From the NCBI GenBank assembly GCA_020025775.1, contig JAHHRN010000006.1, forward strand, positions 55,475-119,474: a stretch of 64,000 nt of DNA. The letters run 5' to 3'. Of the stretch, positions 1 through 8,156 are shown one piece after another. This DNA is from Acutalibacter sp. (lineage in GTDB: Bacteria; Bacillota; Clostridia; Oscillospirales; Acutalibacteraceae). Each line of letters starts with the position of its first letter. Positions within the stretch are counted from its first letter, which is position 1. A program made the position numbers and the translations under genes. Under the pieces are notes generated by a model. That model was not told where the DNA came from. It saw only the letters and a list, made by a program, of their open reading frames with translations, and ran no database searches.

Positions 1-457
1 CTAAATGCACGGTCTGTTTTTCGCCGCCGGAGAGCGTGGAAACCTCTCGTCTGTAAAGAGATTCCGTACCGAAAAAGCTCACGGTCTGCGCCACACGCAG
101 AGCGATTTCTTCATCGGGATAGGAAAGATTTTGCAATAAAAAGGCAAGCTCATTTTTCACATATTCGGCGACATTTTGCGTATCGGGATTTTGCGCGGTA
201 TAGCCGATTTCCGAGGCCGAACGCGCATCGGGCAGAGCTTCTATGGGTGCATTTTTATAAAAAATCTCTCCTTCTTTTGTGCCGCTGGGGAACAATTCTT
301 TTTTGAGGGAACGAAGGAGCGTGGTTTTACCACTGCCGGAAGCACCGGCAAGTAAAATGAAATCCTCTTGCTCTATGGAAAAGCTAAGATTTTTAAGTGC
401 CTTTCTATCCGAGCCGGCGTAGGCAAAGCTTAATTTTTCTGCTCTATAGATTTCCAT
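1..457 (-). CDS. ABC transporter ATP-binding protein, ECF-type (N-terminal part; gene runs off the window start)
   Basis: Not in the ORF track (no stop in window). Reverse translation from ATG 457-455 gives MEIYRAEKLSFAYAGSDRKALKNLSFSIEQEDFILLAGASGSGKTTLLRSLK (Walker A) and ...LYRREVSTLSGGEKQTVHL (ABC signature) at the window edge. GGAGG lies 7 nt upstream. The start overlaps the end of the T-component gene. Confidence 0.85.
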   Translation of the reverse strand, partial: MEIYRAEKLSFAYAGSDRKALKNLSFSIEQEDFILLAGASGSGKTTLLRSLKKELFPSGTKEGEIFYKNAPIEALPDARSASEIGYTAQNPDTQNVAEYVKNELAFLLQNLSYPDEEIALRVAQTVSFFGTESLYRREVSTLSGGEKQTVHL

Positions 458-1299
458 TTGAGTTCCTCCCCTCCTTTAAAAATCAGCGGTAAGCTGTATA
501 AAATCATTAACAGGCTGTATGGTAAAAATGCGTTTTGAAAATAGGCATCGAGCTGAAATATCGGATAAATACTGCGCTTTAAGGGTGCAAAAACAAAGGG
601 CGCAAGAAGCATCATCAAAGAAAAGACGGAAAGCAAAGTATTCCAAAAAGAAAAATTTCGTTTGCTTGTTTTTCGCTTTTTCTTTAACAGTGCGCCTCGG
701 GCTTTCATGGAAACCGCGGTTTCAAAGGAATCCTCTAACACCCAGGAAAGCAGTGTGGCAAGATGCAAAACAAGATTGGTTAATTTTTTGCGCTTATCCT
801 CGGTCTCTTTGGCCTGCGCTTTGATTTCGGCATATTTTGCGAGTGTTTTCGGCACGAGTGCCATAGAAAGTGAAAACAAAAGGGCAAAATTCTTAGAAAT
901 GCCGCCAAAGAACAGGAAAATGCGGTCGGCATCTAAAAACAGGCAGAAAAAAGAGAACCAAAACGTAACGGCACAAAAGGAAAGTGCCGAAAAAAAGGCA
1001 AAAAGGAAGCTTTCTAAAAGCACAGGATCATCGCCGATATAGAAAAGCACGGTTGCACCGTTGCGGTTAAACAGGACGTTAAACAGCAAAATACAAACGG
1101 CAATCGGCAGGCAAAAACGACAAAGGGCACGCCACTCCTTCGCCTTGCCGTAGCAAAGGAAAGAGAGCGTACCCAAAACACACGCTAAAACGGAAACAAA
1201 GGGGTGCACGCAAAACGCCGTTACACTGGAAACGGCGAGCATAAGGCACAAAAGCGTGCCTGTATGGAGTTTGTAAAAAAAGGTGCGGTTTGCGTTCAC
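430..1299 (-). CDS. ECF transporter transmembrane (T) component, CbiQ/EcfT family
   Basis: 289-aa polytopic membrane protein with a C-terminal coupling-helix motif (AVSMKARG). GTG start overlaps the upstream stop (GTGA). Followed by the ABC ATPase. Confidence 0.7.
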   Translation of the reverse strand: MNANRTFFYKLHTGTLLCLMLAVSSVTAFCVHPFVSVLACVLGTLSFLCYGKAKEWRALCRFCLPIAVCILLFNVLFNRNGATVLFYIGDDPVLLESFLFAFFSALSFCAVTFWFSFFCLFLDADRIFLFFGGISKNFALLFSLSMALVPKTLAKYAEIKAQAKETEDKRKKLTNLVLHLATLLSWVLEDSFETAVSMKARGALLKKKRKTSKRNFSFWNTLLSVFSLMMLLAPFVFAPLKRSIYPIFQLDAYFQNAFLPYSLLMILYSLPLIFKGGEELKWKSIEQKN

Positions 1300-2045
1300 G
1301 AAGCAATGTCTCCCATCTTACAGGTATATAAAAATTCAATTTTGTCGCCGTCTTTTAAAGGATAATCCGCCGAAGAAATATTCGGGAATTTTCCATTCAC
1401 GCGATACATCCAGCCGCTGGATCTGCCGCAATCGAACTCCGAAAGTCCTGCTATACTTCGAATATAGCCGTCGGATTCGTTAATTGCCACACGGTTCTTT
1501 TTGAGGGCTTTTTTTAAAGCTTTTAAAGCACTTTCGCCCTCTTTTACCGTCACTTCACCGGAAAGAATCGCGCCGTTTTCGGGAAGTCTGCCCTTTAATT
1601 CGGGCTTCTTTTCGAGGATGCCCCACTCGATTGCCGTATGACAATCGACCGAAACCGAAACCGTAATTTCCTTTTTCGGATCCGGCTTTACCTCAGTCGG
1701 CGGAACGGGGGTTAAAATAATTTCATCGTTCGCCTCGGGGCTTTCGGGGGTATTCGGCGTATCGGCATTGACCTGCGGCGGTTTTTGTCCACTCGGCGTA
1801 TGCGGTTTCGGCGCATTCGGCTGTGCCGCCGGAGCATTGGATGTCCCAGACGACACAGCGTTATTTTCGCCGGATTGTGCTTCGGTATCTCCCGATTGTG
1901 CTTCGGGAAGCGTTGTTTCCTCCTGCAAGGAAGCCTCTACAGCTTCTGTAGGCGCCGTTGTAGATTCCTCGGTCTGCCCTGTTTTTTGGCACGCACAAAA
2001 GAGAAATACGAAGCAAAGACATAGGGAAAGAAGTTTTTTAGTCAT
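1296..2045 (-). CDS. Secreted or lipid-anchored DUF4430 (transcobalamin-like beta-domain) protein
   Basis: Signal peptide ending LFCACQ, then a long low-complexity P/T/E/A linker. The C-terminal ~110 aa (ITVSVSVDCH...GWMYRVNGKFPNISSADYPLKDGDKIEFLYT) matches the DUF4430 pattern as I remember it. Start overlaps the upstream stop (ATGACTAA). Confidence 0.6.
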   Translation of the reverse strand: MTKKLLSLCLCFVFLFCACQKTGQTEESTTAPTEAVEASLQEETTLPEAQSGDTEAQSGENNAVSSGTSNAPAAQPNAPKPHTPSGQKPPQVNADTPNTPESPEANDEIILTPVPPTEVKPDPKKEITVSVSVDCHTAIEWGILEKKPELKGRLPENGAILSGEVTVKEGESALKALKKALKKNRVAINESDGYIRSIAGLSEFDCGRSSGWMYRVNGKFPNISSADYPLKDGDKIEFLYTCKMGDIAS

Positions 2046-3210
2046 GCTTTTTCTTCATTACAAGAGCAGCTGCGCCGAAGAGAGCCGCGGTCATGAGAAC
2101 CGGTGCTGCACTCTTACCGAAGCCGGTTTTGGGAATTTCGGGCACTTCGGTGGAAGTGGTCGGATTTTCTGCCGGTGCTTCGGTTTGGGATTGTGCTTCA
2201 GGTTGTGTTTCACTCGGAGTTTCGCTGGGGGTTTCTGTGGGCTGCTCGGGTTCCATAGCCTTATTGCCGTCATAGAAAGCGGTTTCACCCTTTAAGAAGC
2301 GGTCATAAGCTACAAAGCCGCGTAAGGTCTGTTCGGTGGTCATAGCATTGGCGCTACCGTAGGCACCTGCACCGCTCTCTAACATATAGGATTTTAAAGC
2401 ATCAATCGGGGTTTTGCCGTTGTTGGAATATTCTTCGCATGTCGGGTCGATACCGAGGGTGCAAAGCGCAATGACAACCTGTGCGGTACATTCCGGGCTA
2501 ACGCCCCACTGCGGATGACCATAACCGCCGTTGTCTGCCTTTACAGATTTAATGTAGCTAAGTGCATTGTCGATAGCGGTCTGCACCTGCGGATTTTCTG
2601 CTCTGTAGGGTGCAAGCGCGCAAATGACCATAGCAGTTGTGTCGGTATCTACGCTGTTTGCCGGGTTGGTATCCCAGTTAAATGCACCGCCGAATTCTTC
2701 GCCCATGGGCTTTTGTGCCGCTAAAATGGTGTCGATGATTTCCTGTCTTTTGGCATCCGGGAAGGAAATTTCCTTATTATAATCCATAGCCAAAAGTGGG
2801 AAAATAAGGCTGGACATATAAGTTTGGTCTTTGTAGGAAACTTCGCTCAAAGCCTTAACTAAATCCACGCCGCCGATGTTCTGAACATCCATGCCGGCTG
2901 CGGCTGCACCTAAATAAACTCTAGCCATATCACTGGGATAAAGGGTAGCATTGGGAAGTGCAGCTTCGAGATAAGGTGCATATTCCTTCGGTACTTCTAC
3001 GCCTGCGCGTGCAAAGTCCAAAGCAATCCAGTCTGCTGCACCGTAAACCTTGGAAGTGTCTTCATAATTGATTTTGGAATTGGCGGGGACGCTGAGCCAG
3101 CCTACCAAATTGTCGATTTCTGCCTGCACGGAATTGCCTGCCGCAAAGGACGGGAGTGCCATGGTGCAAAGCATTAAAACGGCTAAAAGAACGGATACTG
3201 TTTTTTTCAT
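2038..3210 (-). CDS. Cell-wall-anchored alpha/alpha-toroid (prenyltransferase/terpene-cyclase-fold) protein
   Basis: Signal peptide MKKTVSVLLAVLMLCTMALPSFAAG. Repeated toroid-type motifs (DTDTTAMVICALAP, DNGGYGHPQWG, SPECTAQVVIALCTLG). P/T/E/Q linker, then IPKTG (nt 2122-2133) plus a hydrophobic stretch and a KKKHD tail, i.e. a sortase sorting signal. Confidence 0.6.
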   Translation of the reverse strand: MKKTVSVLLAVLMLCTMALPSFAAGNSVQAEIDNLVGWLSVPANSKINYEDTSKVYGAADWIALDFARAGVEVPKEYAPYLEAALPNATLYPSDMARVYLGAAAAGMDVQNIGGVDLVKALSEVSYKDQTYMSSLIFPLLAMDYNKEISFPDAKRQEIIDTILAAQKPMGEEFGGAFNWDTNPANSVDTDTTAMVICALAPYRAENPQVQTAIDNALSYIKSVKADNGGYGHPQWGVSPECTAQVVIALCTLGIDPTCEEYSNNGKTPIDALKSYMLESGAGAYGSANAMTTEQTLRGFVAYDRFLKGETAFYDGNKAMEPEQPTETPSETPSETQPEAQSQTEAPAENPTTSTEVPEIPKTGFGKSAAPVLMTAALFGAAALVMKKKHD

Positions 3211-3280
3211 GATTTTATTCCTTTCTACATTACATTGGTTTTATAAAAGCCGGATGTTTGTTTTTAGTTTCCTCCTTTCC

Positions 3281-3320
3281 GGCAAAAAAAGCGAGGTCTC
3301 TAAAAATAGAGAGACCTCGC
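3281..3320 (-). terminator. Intrinsic terminator forming the riboswitch expression platform
   Basis: Minus strand reads GCGAGGTCTC-TCTATTTTTA-GAGACCTCGC followed by TTTTTTT. It lies between the B12 aptamer and the RBS/ATG at 3210. Confidence 0.8.
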
Positions 3321-3394
3321 CCGATGCAATCACAAGAAAGTATTTTAAAAATACCGCTTTGTCTGCATACTTCTCTCCCACCGAAAGAATTTTT

Positions 3395-3565
3395 GCACAA
3401 AGCATGAGGCAGGTCTCCTGGCTTCGTACCGATAGCCATTTCTTCCGTCTTCCCGCCGCAAAGGCAGTGACATCTTGGAAGAAACGCGATACTTACAGTA
3501 GCGGGGGCTGTCACGGATTTCCACCGTGTTCCCTTTTCACTTTGGCTTACCCAAAGCACCTCGTG
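3395..3565 (-). promoter_or_regulatory. Cobalamin (B12) riboswitch aptamer
   Basis: Minus strand contains the conserved core AAGGGAACACGGTGGAAATCCGTGACAGCCCCCGCTACTGTAA (3492-3534) and the B12 box GCCAGGAGACCTGCC (3408-3422). Both match the Cobalamin riboswitch consensus. Confidence 0.9.
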
Positions 3566-3579
3566 CCGTATATTTTAAC

Positions 3580-6399
3580 TTAGAAACGGCGTGTAAAATC
3601 GGAAACCAAAGGTGCATTTACATTCACCTTATAGGGGTCTCCGGCTCTCACCGTGTTCTCGTCTATTATAGCATTTTCCTTGGAATTTGCAAGATTCTTG
3701 TATTCTTTTTTGAGATTTTCCAAAAGCGCCTTTGCAGAAAGCTCCTGCTCTAAAAGTGCAGAAAGTGCCGAAAGCTTGGTCGGAAGCTTCGAGGTAACGA
3801 CCGCCTGCATGGTGGAAACGGTATCCGCCGCGTGCAGATAGGTGCCTTCTTCTGCCGTAAAGGGTGCTGTGAAAATCTGCTGATTTGCGCCCTCCACCTG
3901 AACGGGTGCAATCGCCGCTACAAAGTCAGCAGAAACATTTTCGGGCAGTTCGGCATCAAAAAGAAGCAAGGCTTTCGCTTCCTTTAATTCGCTGACCGGT
4001 GCAAGCTCTAACAGCTTTGCACTCTCGTAGCCTGCGGCAGTTTCCTGCATAGCGGCGTACACCTTTTTAAAGTTCTGCTTTAAGAAATACAGTTCCTCTA
4101 AGGTGGCTGTCGGTCCTGCTACAACGACCGGCTCTTCGCCGAGTGTCGCGCGAAGCTTTGCATAATCCTCTGTGGATGCGACCTTGCCGTTTTCCTGTGC
4201 CGCAAGGACAGCGAATCGACCGCCCTTACAAAGGATGCCTGTTTTACCGTAGGGTACGGCACGTGTCACAAGATTACCGACATGGCGCATTTCCTGCTTG
4301 CAGTGTGCAGAGCAGAGATTGCAAACGGTTTCCTTAGTTTCCTCTTTTGCAACCAAACGCTTCTTGGTCGGCTGCTGAATACGCAGAGCACCGGTCGGGC
4401 AAACCGCTTCGCACTGACCGCAAAGAATACAGCTGCTCTGGTCAAGCGGCAAAGCGTATTCGGGCTGAACAATCGTGTTAAAACCTCTGCCTAAAAGGCC
4501 TAAAACCGCCTTACCCATTTTCTCTTCGCAGACACGAACACAAAGACCGCAAAGAATACATTTATTCTGGTCGCGGGTGATGAGCTGTTCGTTGCTCTCG
4601 ATTTCGTAACTGTGTTTGACGCCCTTGAAGCGAGACGGCTTTACATCGTATTCGTTTGCATAAGCAATGAGCTTACATTCGTAATAATCATGACAGCCGC
4701 ATTCGAGACAGCGCATGGCTTCTTTTTCCGCCGCTTCGGGGCTAAGACCCAAAGCCACTTCCTTGAAATCGTGTCTAGCTTCGGCGAAATCACGCTTCGG
4801 CATTTCGACACGCGGTGCTTTCTCAAACTTCTCGAAGAAGCTCTTTTCTAAGGTTCTTTCGACAAAATACGGTTTCTTATAGGGCACGAGCTCGCCGTCT
4901 AAATAACGGTCGATAACCACCGCCGCTTTTTGCGCTTCGCCGATAGCGGCAACAGCAATGGATGCACCGCGGTTCGTCATATCACCGACCGCAAATACAC
5001 CCTCTAAAGAGGTACGGAAGGTTTCTTCATCTGCCGCAACGGTATTTCTCTTGGTTGCCTCTACGGCTTCAAAGCCCTCTAAATTCGGCTTTTGACCGAT
5101 GGCGATAATCGCTGTGTCGAGCGCGATAAACTCCGTCTCCCCTTCGATAGGCTCGGGACGGCGTCTGCCGCTCGCATCGGGTGCGCCGAGCTGCATTTTC
5201 TGCACGGTAACACCGGTGAGCTTGCCGTTTTCTTCTGTATATTCGAGCGGTGCAGAGAGGAATTTAAAGGTTACGCCCTCTGCCTTTGCATCTTCGATTT
5301 CTTCCTTTTCCGCAGGCATTTCCGCTTCGGTTCTGCGGTAAAGCACATAGACTTCCTTAGCACCCAAACGAATGGCTGTGCGGCAGGCATCCATAGCGGT
5401 ATTACCGCCGCCGACAACGGCTACCTTATCGCCGATTTCGGGTGCATTTTGAAGCGCTACTTCACGCAAAAAGTCGATGCCGCCCCATACGTTTTGATAG
5501 GTTTCGCCGGGCACGTGCATAAAGCTGCTCTGCCATGCACCTGCCGCCAATACTACAGCATCGTAATCCTTCTGCAATTCTGCAACGGTTACGTCTCTGC
5601 CAATTTTTACGCCGTTTTTAAGGGTGACGCCGAGTGACTCAATCTGTGCGATTTCCTTATCCAAAATCGCCTTGGGGAGTCTGTATTCGGGAATGCCGTA
5701 ACGCAGCATACCGCCCATTTTGGGCATAGCATCGAGCACGGTTACCGCATGACCCATACGGCGCAGGAAGTTTGCCACGGTCAAGCCGCCGGGGCCGCCG
5801 CCGACAACCGCCACGGTTTTACCGGTATCCGGCTCTACGGACGGTACATAGGGGTCATCGCTTGCCATATCCATATCGGAAGCAAAGCCCTTGAGTGCCG
5901 CAATCGCAATCGGTTCATCGACGAACTGACGGCGGCATTCTTTTTCGCACGGATGCGGGCAAACTCGACCGATAGAGGACGGAAGCGGAATTTTTTCTTT
6001 AATCACGCGAACGGCTTCCTTGTATTCGCCGTTGGCAACCAGGCTTACATAGCCCTGGCAGTCGGTATTCGCCGGACAAGCCTTGGTACAGGGGGCTTTG
6101 CAATCGCCGTCATGGTCGGAAAGCAAAAGCTCGAGAGCCACTTTTCTGGCTCTGTCTACGCGCTCGGTATGCGTATGCACCACCATGCCGTCGCGCACAA
6201 GGGTCGAGCAGGCTCTTAAAAGCTTCGGAGAGTCCTCGGCTTCAACCACACAAAGACCGCAGGCGCCGTAAAGCTCAACTCTGCCGTCATAGCAAAGGTT
6301 CGGAATTTTAATCCCATTGGCTGTGGCGGCGTTTAAAAGCGTTGTACCTGCCGGCACTTCCACGGGTTTTCCGTCTATAATAAGTTTCACAAGTTCCAT
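3580..6399 (-). CDS. Mosaic Fe-S flavoprotein: N-terminal 2Fe-2S ferredoxin, GltD/NfnB-like NAD(P)H:FAD module, 2x[4Fe-4S], molybdopterin-type 4Fe-4S and a truncated NuoG/FdhA-like tail
   Basis: Motifs: CYDGRVELYGACGLCVVE; two dinucleotide folds (VAVVGGGPGGLTVANFL and VAVVGGGNTAMDACRTA); CILCGLCVRVC and CILCGQCEAVCPTGAL; VCNLCSAHC. I place the start at MELVKLIIDGKP (ATG 6399-6397), which overlaps the NuoF-like stop (TAATG). The ORF-track start at 6450 is less likely. Confidence 0.75.
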   Translation of the reverse strand: MELVKLIIDGKPVEVPAGTTLLNAATANGIKIPNLCYDGRVELYGACGLCVVEAEDSPKLLRACSTLVRDGMVVHTHTERVDRARKVALELLLSDHDGDCKAPCTKACPANTDCQGYVSLVANGEYKEAVRVIKEKIPLPSSIGRVCPHPCEKECRRQFVDEPIAIAALKGFASDMDMASDDPYVPSVEPDTGKTVAVVGGGPGGLTVANFLRRMGHAVTVLDAMPKMGGMLRYGIPEYRLPKAILDKEIAQIESLGVTLKNGVKIGRDVTVAELQKDYDAVVLAAGAWQSSFMHVPGETYQNVWGGIDFLREVALQNAPEIGDKVAVVGGGNTAMDACRTAIRLGAKEVYVLYRRTEAEMPAEKEEIEDAKAEGVTFKFLSAPLEYTEENGKLTGVTVQKMQLGAPDASGRRRPEPIEGETEFIALDTAIIAIGQKPNLEGFEAVEATKRNTVAADEETFRTSLEGVFAVGDMTNRGASIAVAAIGEAQKAAVVIDRYLDGELVPYKKPYFVERTLEKSFFEKFEKAPRVEMPKRDFAEARHDFKEVALGLSPEAAEKEAMRCLECGCHDYYECKLIAYANEYDVKPSRFKGVKHSYEIESNEQLITRDQNKCILCGLCVRVCEEKMGKAVLGLLGRGFNTIVQPEYALPLDQSSCILCGQCEAVCPTGALRIQQPTKKRLVAKEETKETVCNLCSAHCKQEMRHVGNLVTRAVPYGKTGILCKGGRFAVLAAQENGKVASTEDYAKLRATLGEEPVVVAGPTATLEELYFLKQNFKKVYAAMQETAAGYESAKLLELAPVSELKEAKALLLFDAELPENVSADFVAAIAPVQVEGANQQIFTAPFTAEEGTYLHAADTVSTMQAVVTSKLPTKLSALSALLEQELSAKALLENLKKEYKNLANSKENAIIDENTVRAGDPYKVNVNAPLVSDFTRRF
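3665..3692 (-). promoter_or_regulatory. Candidate sigma-A promoter embedded in the 3' end of the upstream CDS, driving the riboswitch operon
   Basis: Minus strand reads TTGCAA (3692-3687), a 16-nt spacer, then TATAAT (3670-3665), about 90 nt upstream of the aptamer. There is no room for a promoter between stop 3580 and the aptamer. Confidence 0.45.
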
Positions 6400-8156
6400 T
6401 ATTCTACCTCCACAGCGCCGAATCTGCACGAATCCAAACATTTGCCGCAACGGATGCAGACTTCTGTATCAATCACATGGGGCTGTTTTACCGCGCCGCT
6501 AATCGCGTGTACGGGGCAGTTTCTGGCGCAAAGCGTACAGCCGCGGCACTGTTCGGCATTGATTTTATAGGTGATGAGCGCTGTGCACTCACCTGCCGGA
6601 CATTTCTTTTCGTTGACGTGTGCCTCAAATTCATTACGGAAATAACGAAGCGCTGTCAGCACGGGGTTCGGTGCAGTTTGACCGAGACCGCAAAGAGAAG
6701 CATCCTTAATCGAAGCGCAAAGCTCCTCTAAAAGCTCTACGTCGCCCGGTTCGCCCTCGCCTTCTGTAATTCTCGTGAGCACTTCGAGCATACGCTTTGT
6801 GCCCAAACGACAAGGTACGCATTTACCGCAGGATTCCTTCGCCGTAAAGTCGAGGAAGAATTTCGCCATACCAAGCATGCAGGCGGTTTCATCCATAACA
6901 ACCATACCGCCGGAACCCATAATCGCACCGGTTTTGCCGAGTTCCTTATAGTCGATAACGGTATCTAAAAGAGATTCGGGAATACAGCCGCCGGACGGGC
7001 CGCCGAGCTGTACAGCCTTAAACTTTTTATTGTTTTTAATGCCACCGCCGATGTCAAAAATGACCTCGCGCAGGGTCTTACCCATCGGCACTTCGACAAG
7101 GCCGCCACGGCGCACCTTACCCGTTAAGGCAAATACCTTCGTGCCCTTGCTGTTTTCTGTACCGATTTTTGAGAAAGCCTCGCCGCCGTTTAAGAGAATC
7201 CAAGCGACGTTGGCATAGGTTTCTACGTTATTGATGTTGGAAGGCTTTCTCCAATAGCCCTCCTGTGCCGGGAAGGGCGGCTTTAAGCGCGGCATACCGC
7301 GGCTGCCCTCTAAGGATTCAATCAGTGCGGTTTCTTCGCCGCAAACGAAAGCACCTGCGCCGGCTTTAATACGCATCTTGCAGGAGAAGCCACTGCCTAA
7401 AATATTTTCGCCTAAGAAGCCCGCCTCTTCTGCCTGTGCAATCGCATTTTCCAAACGCTTAATGGCAAGAGGATATTCCGCACGCACATAGACAATCATT
7501 TCTTTGGCACCAATGGCATAAGCGCCGATGAGCATGCCTTCAATCAGCGCATGGGGGTCACCCTCGATAATCGCTCTGTCCATGAACGCACCGGGGTCGC
7601 CTTCATCCGCATTACAAATCAAATATTTTTCTTCGCCCTTTGATTTTCTGGCTTCGTTCCATTTGAACCAAGTCGGGAAGCCTGCGCCGCCGCGTCCTGC
7701 AAGGCCGGAGACTTTGATTTCTTCAATCACGTCCTCCGGGCTCATGGAAGAAAGCGCCATGGCGAGCGCCTTATAGCCGTCAAAGGTTTTGTAATCTTCA
7801 ATATTTTCGGGGTCTAAAAGACCGCAATGCCGCAGGGCAATTCTCGTTTGCTTTTCTAAGAATCCGGCATCCTCGTCGGTGATGCTCAAAGCATCCAAAG
7901 CCGAAAGGTCATCGGATTTTACGGCATTTACAATCGTTTCAGCATCCTTTTCCTGCACCTTTACAAGGCGGCGCAAAAAGGTTTTGCCGTCATAAACATC
8001 TACAATCGGCTCTAAGAAGCACATACCGATACAGCCGGTAATCGAAAGCTTTACGTCCTTTTCTTCGGCAGTTAAAGCAGTAAGGGCGTTATACACCTTA
8101 CCTGCGCCCGCGGCAATTCCGCAGGAACCCATGCCGACTACAATTCTATCAGCCAT
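6399..8156 (-). CDS. NuoF/HydB-like NADH-binding FMN Fe-S subunit
   Basis: N-terminal thioredoxin-like 2Fe-2S region (GSCGIAAGA...ITGCIGMCFLEP). GRGGAGFPTWFKW (FMN/NADH site). ESCGKCVPCRLG (N3 cluster). C-terminal 2x[4Fe-4S] (CRGCTLCARNCP, CIRCGKCLDSC). Confidence 0.85.
   Translation of the reverse strand: MADRIVVGMGSCGIAAGAGKVYNALTALTAEEKDVKLSITGCIGMCFLEPIVDVYDGKTFLRRLVKVQEKDAETIVNAVKSDDLSALDALSITDEDAGFLEKQTRIALRHCGLLDPENIEDYKTFDGYKALAMALSSMSPEDVIEEIKVSGLAGRGGAGFPTWFKWNEARKSKGEEKYLICNADEGDPGAFMDRAIIEGDPHALIEGMLIGAYAIGAKEMIVYVRAEYPLAIKRLENAIAQAEEAGFLGENILGSGFSCKMRIKAGAGAFVCGEETALIESLEGSRGMPRLKPPFPAQEGYWRKPSNINNVETYANVAWILLNGGEAFSKIGTENSKGTKVFALTGKVRRGGLVEVPMGKTLREVIFDIGGGIKNNKKFKAVQLGGPSGGCIPESLLDTVIDYKELGKTGAIMGSGGMVVMDETACMLGMAKFFLDFTAKESCGKCVPCRLGTKRMLEVLTRITEGEGEPGDVELLEELCASIKDASLCGLGQTAPNPVLTALRYFRNEFEAHVNEKKCPAGECTALITYKINAEQCRGCTLCARNCPVHAISGAVKQPHVIDTEVCIRCGKCLDSCRFGAVEVE

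Noticed and set aside
519-2295. Plus-strand ORFs (519-824, 662-1042, 1283-1483, 1768-2295, 1785-2024) antisense to the ECF/DUF4430 genes
   Set aside because: These are Arg/Lys/Cys-rich nonsense translations. They lie inside well-supported, translationally coupled minus-strand genes.
4143-8000. Multiple 60-180-aa plus-strand ORFs inside the redox-complex genes (e.g. 5092-5637, 5749-6219, 7528-7776)
   Set aside because: They are antisense shadows. The minus-strand frames carry dense, ordered Fe-S and flavin motifs.
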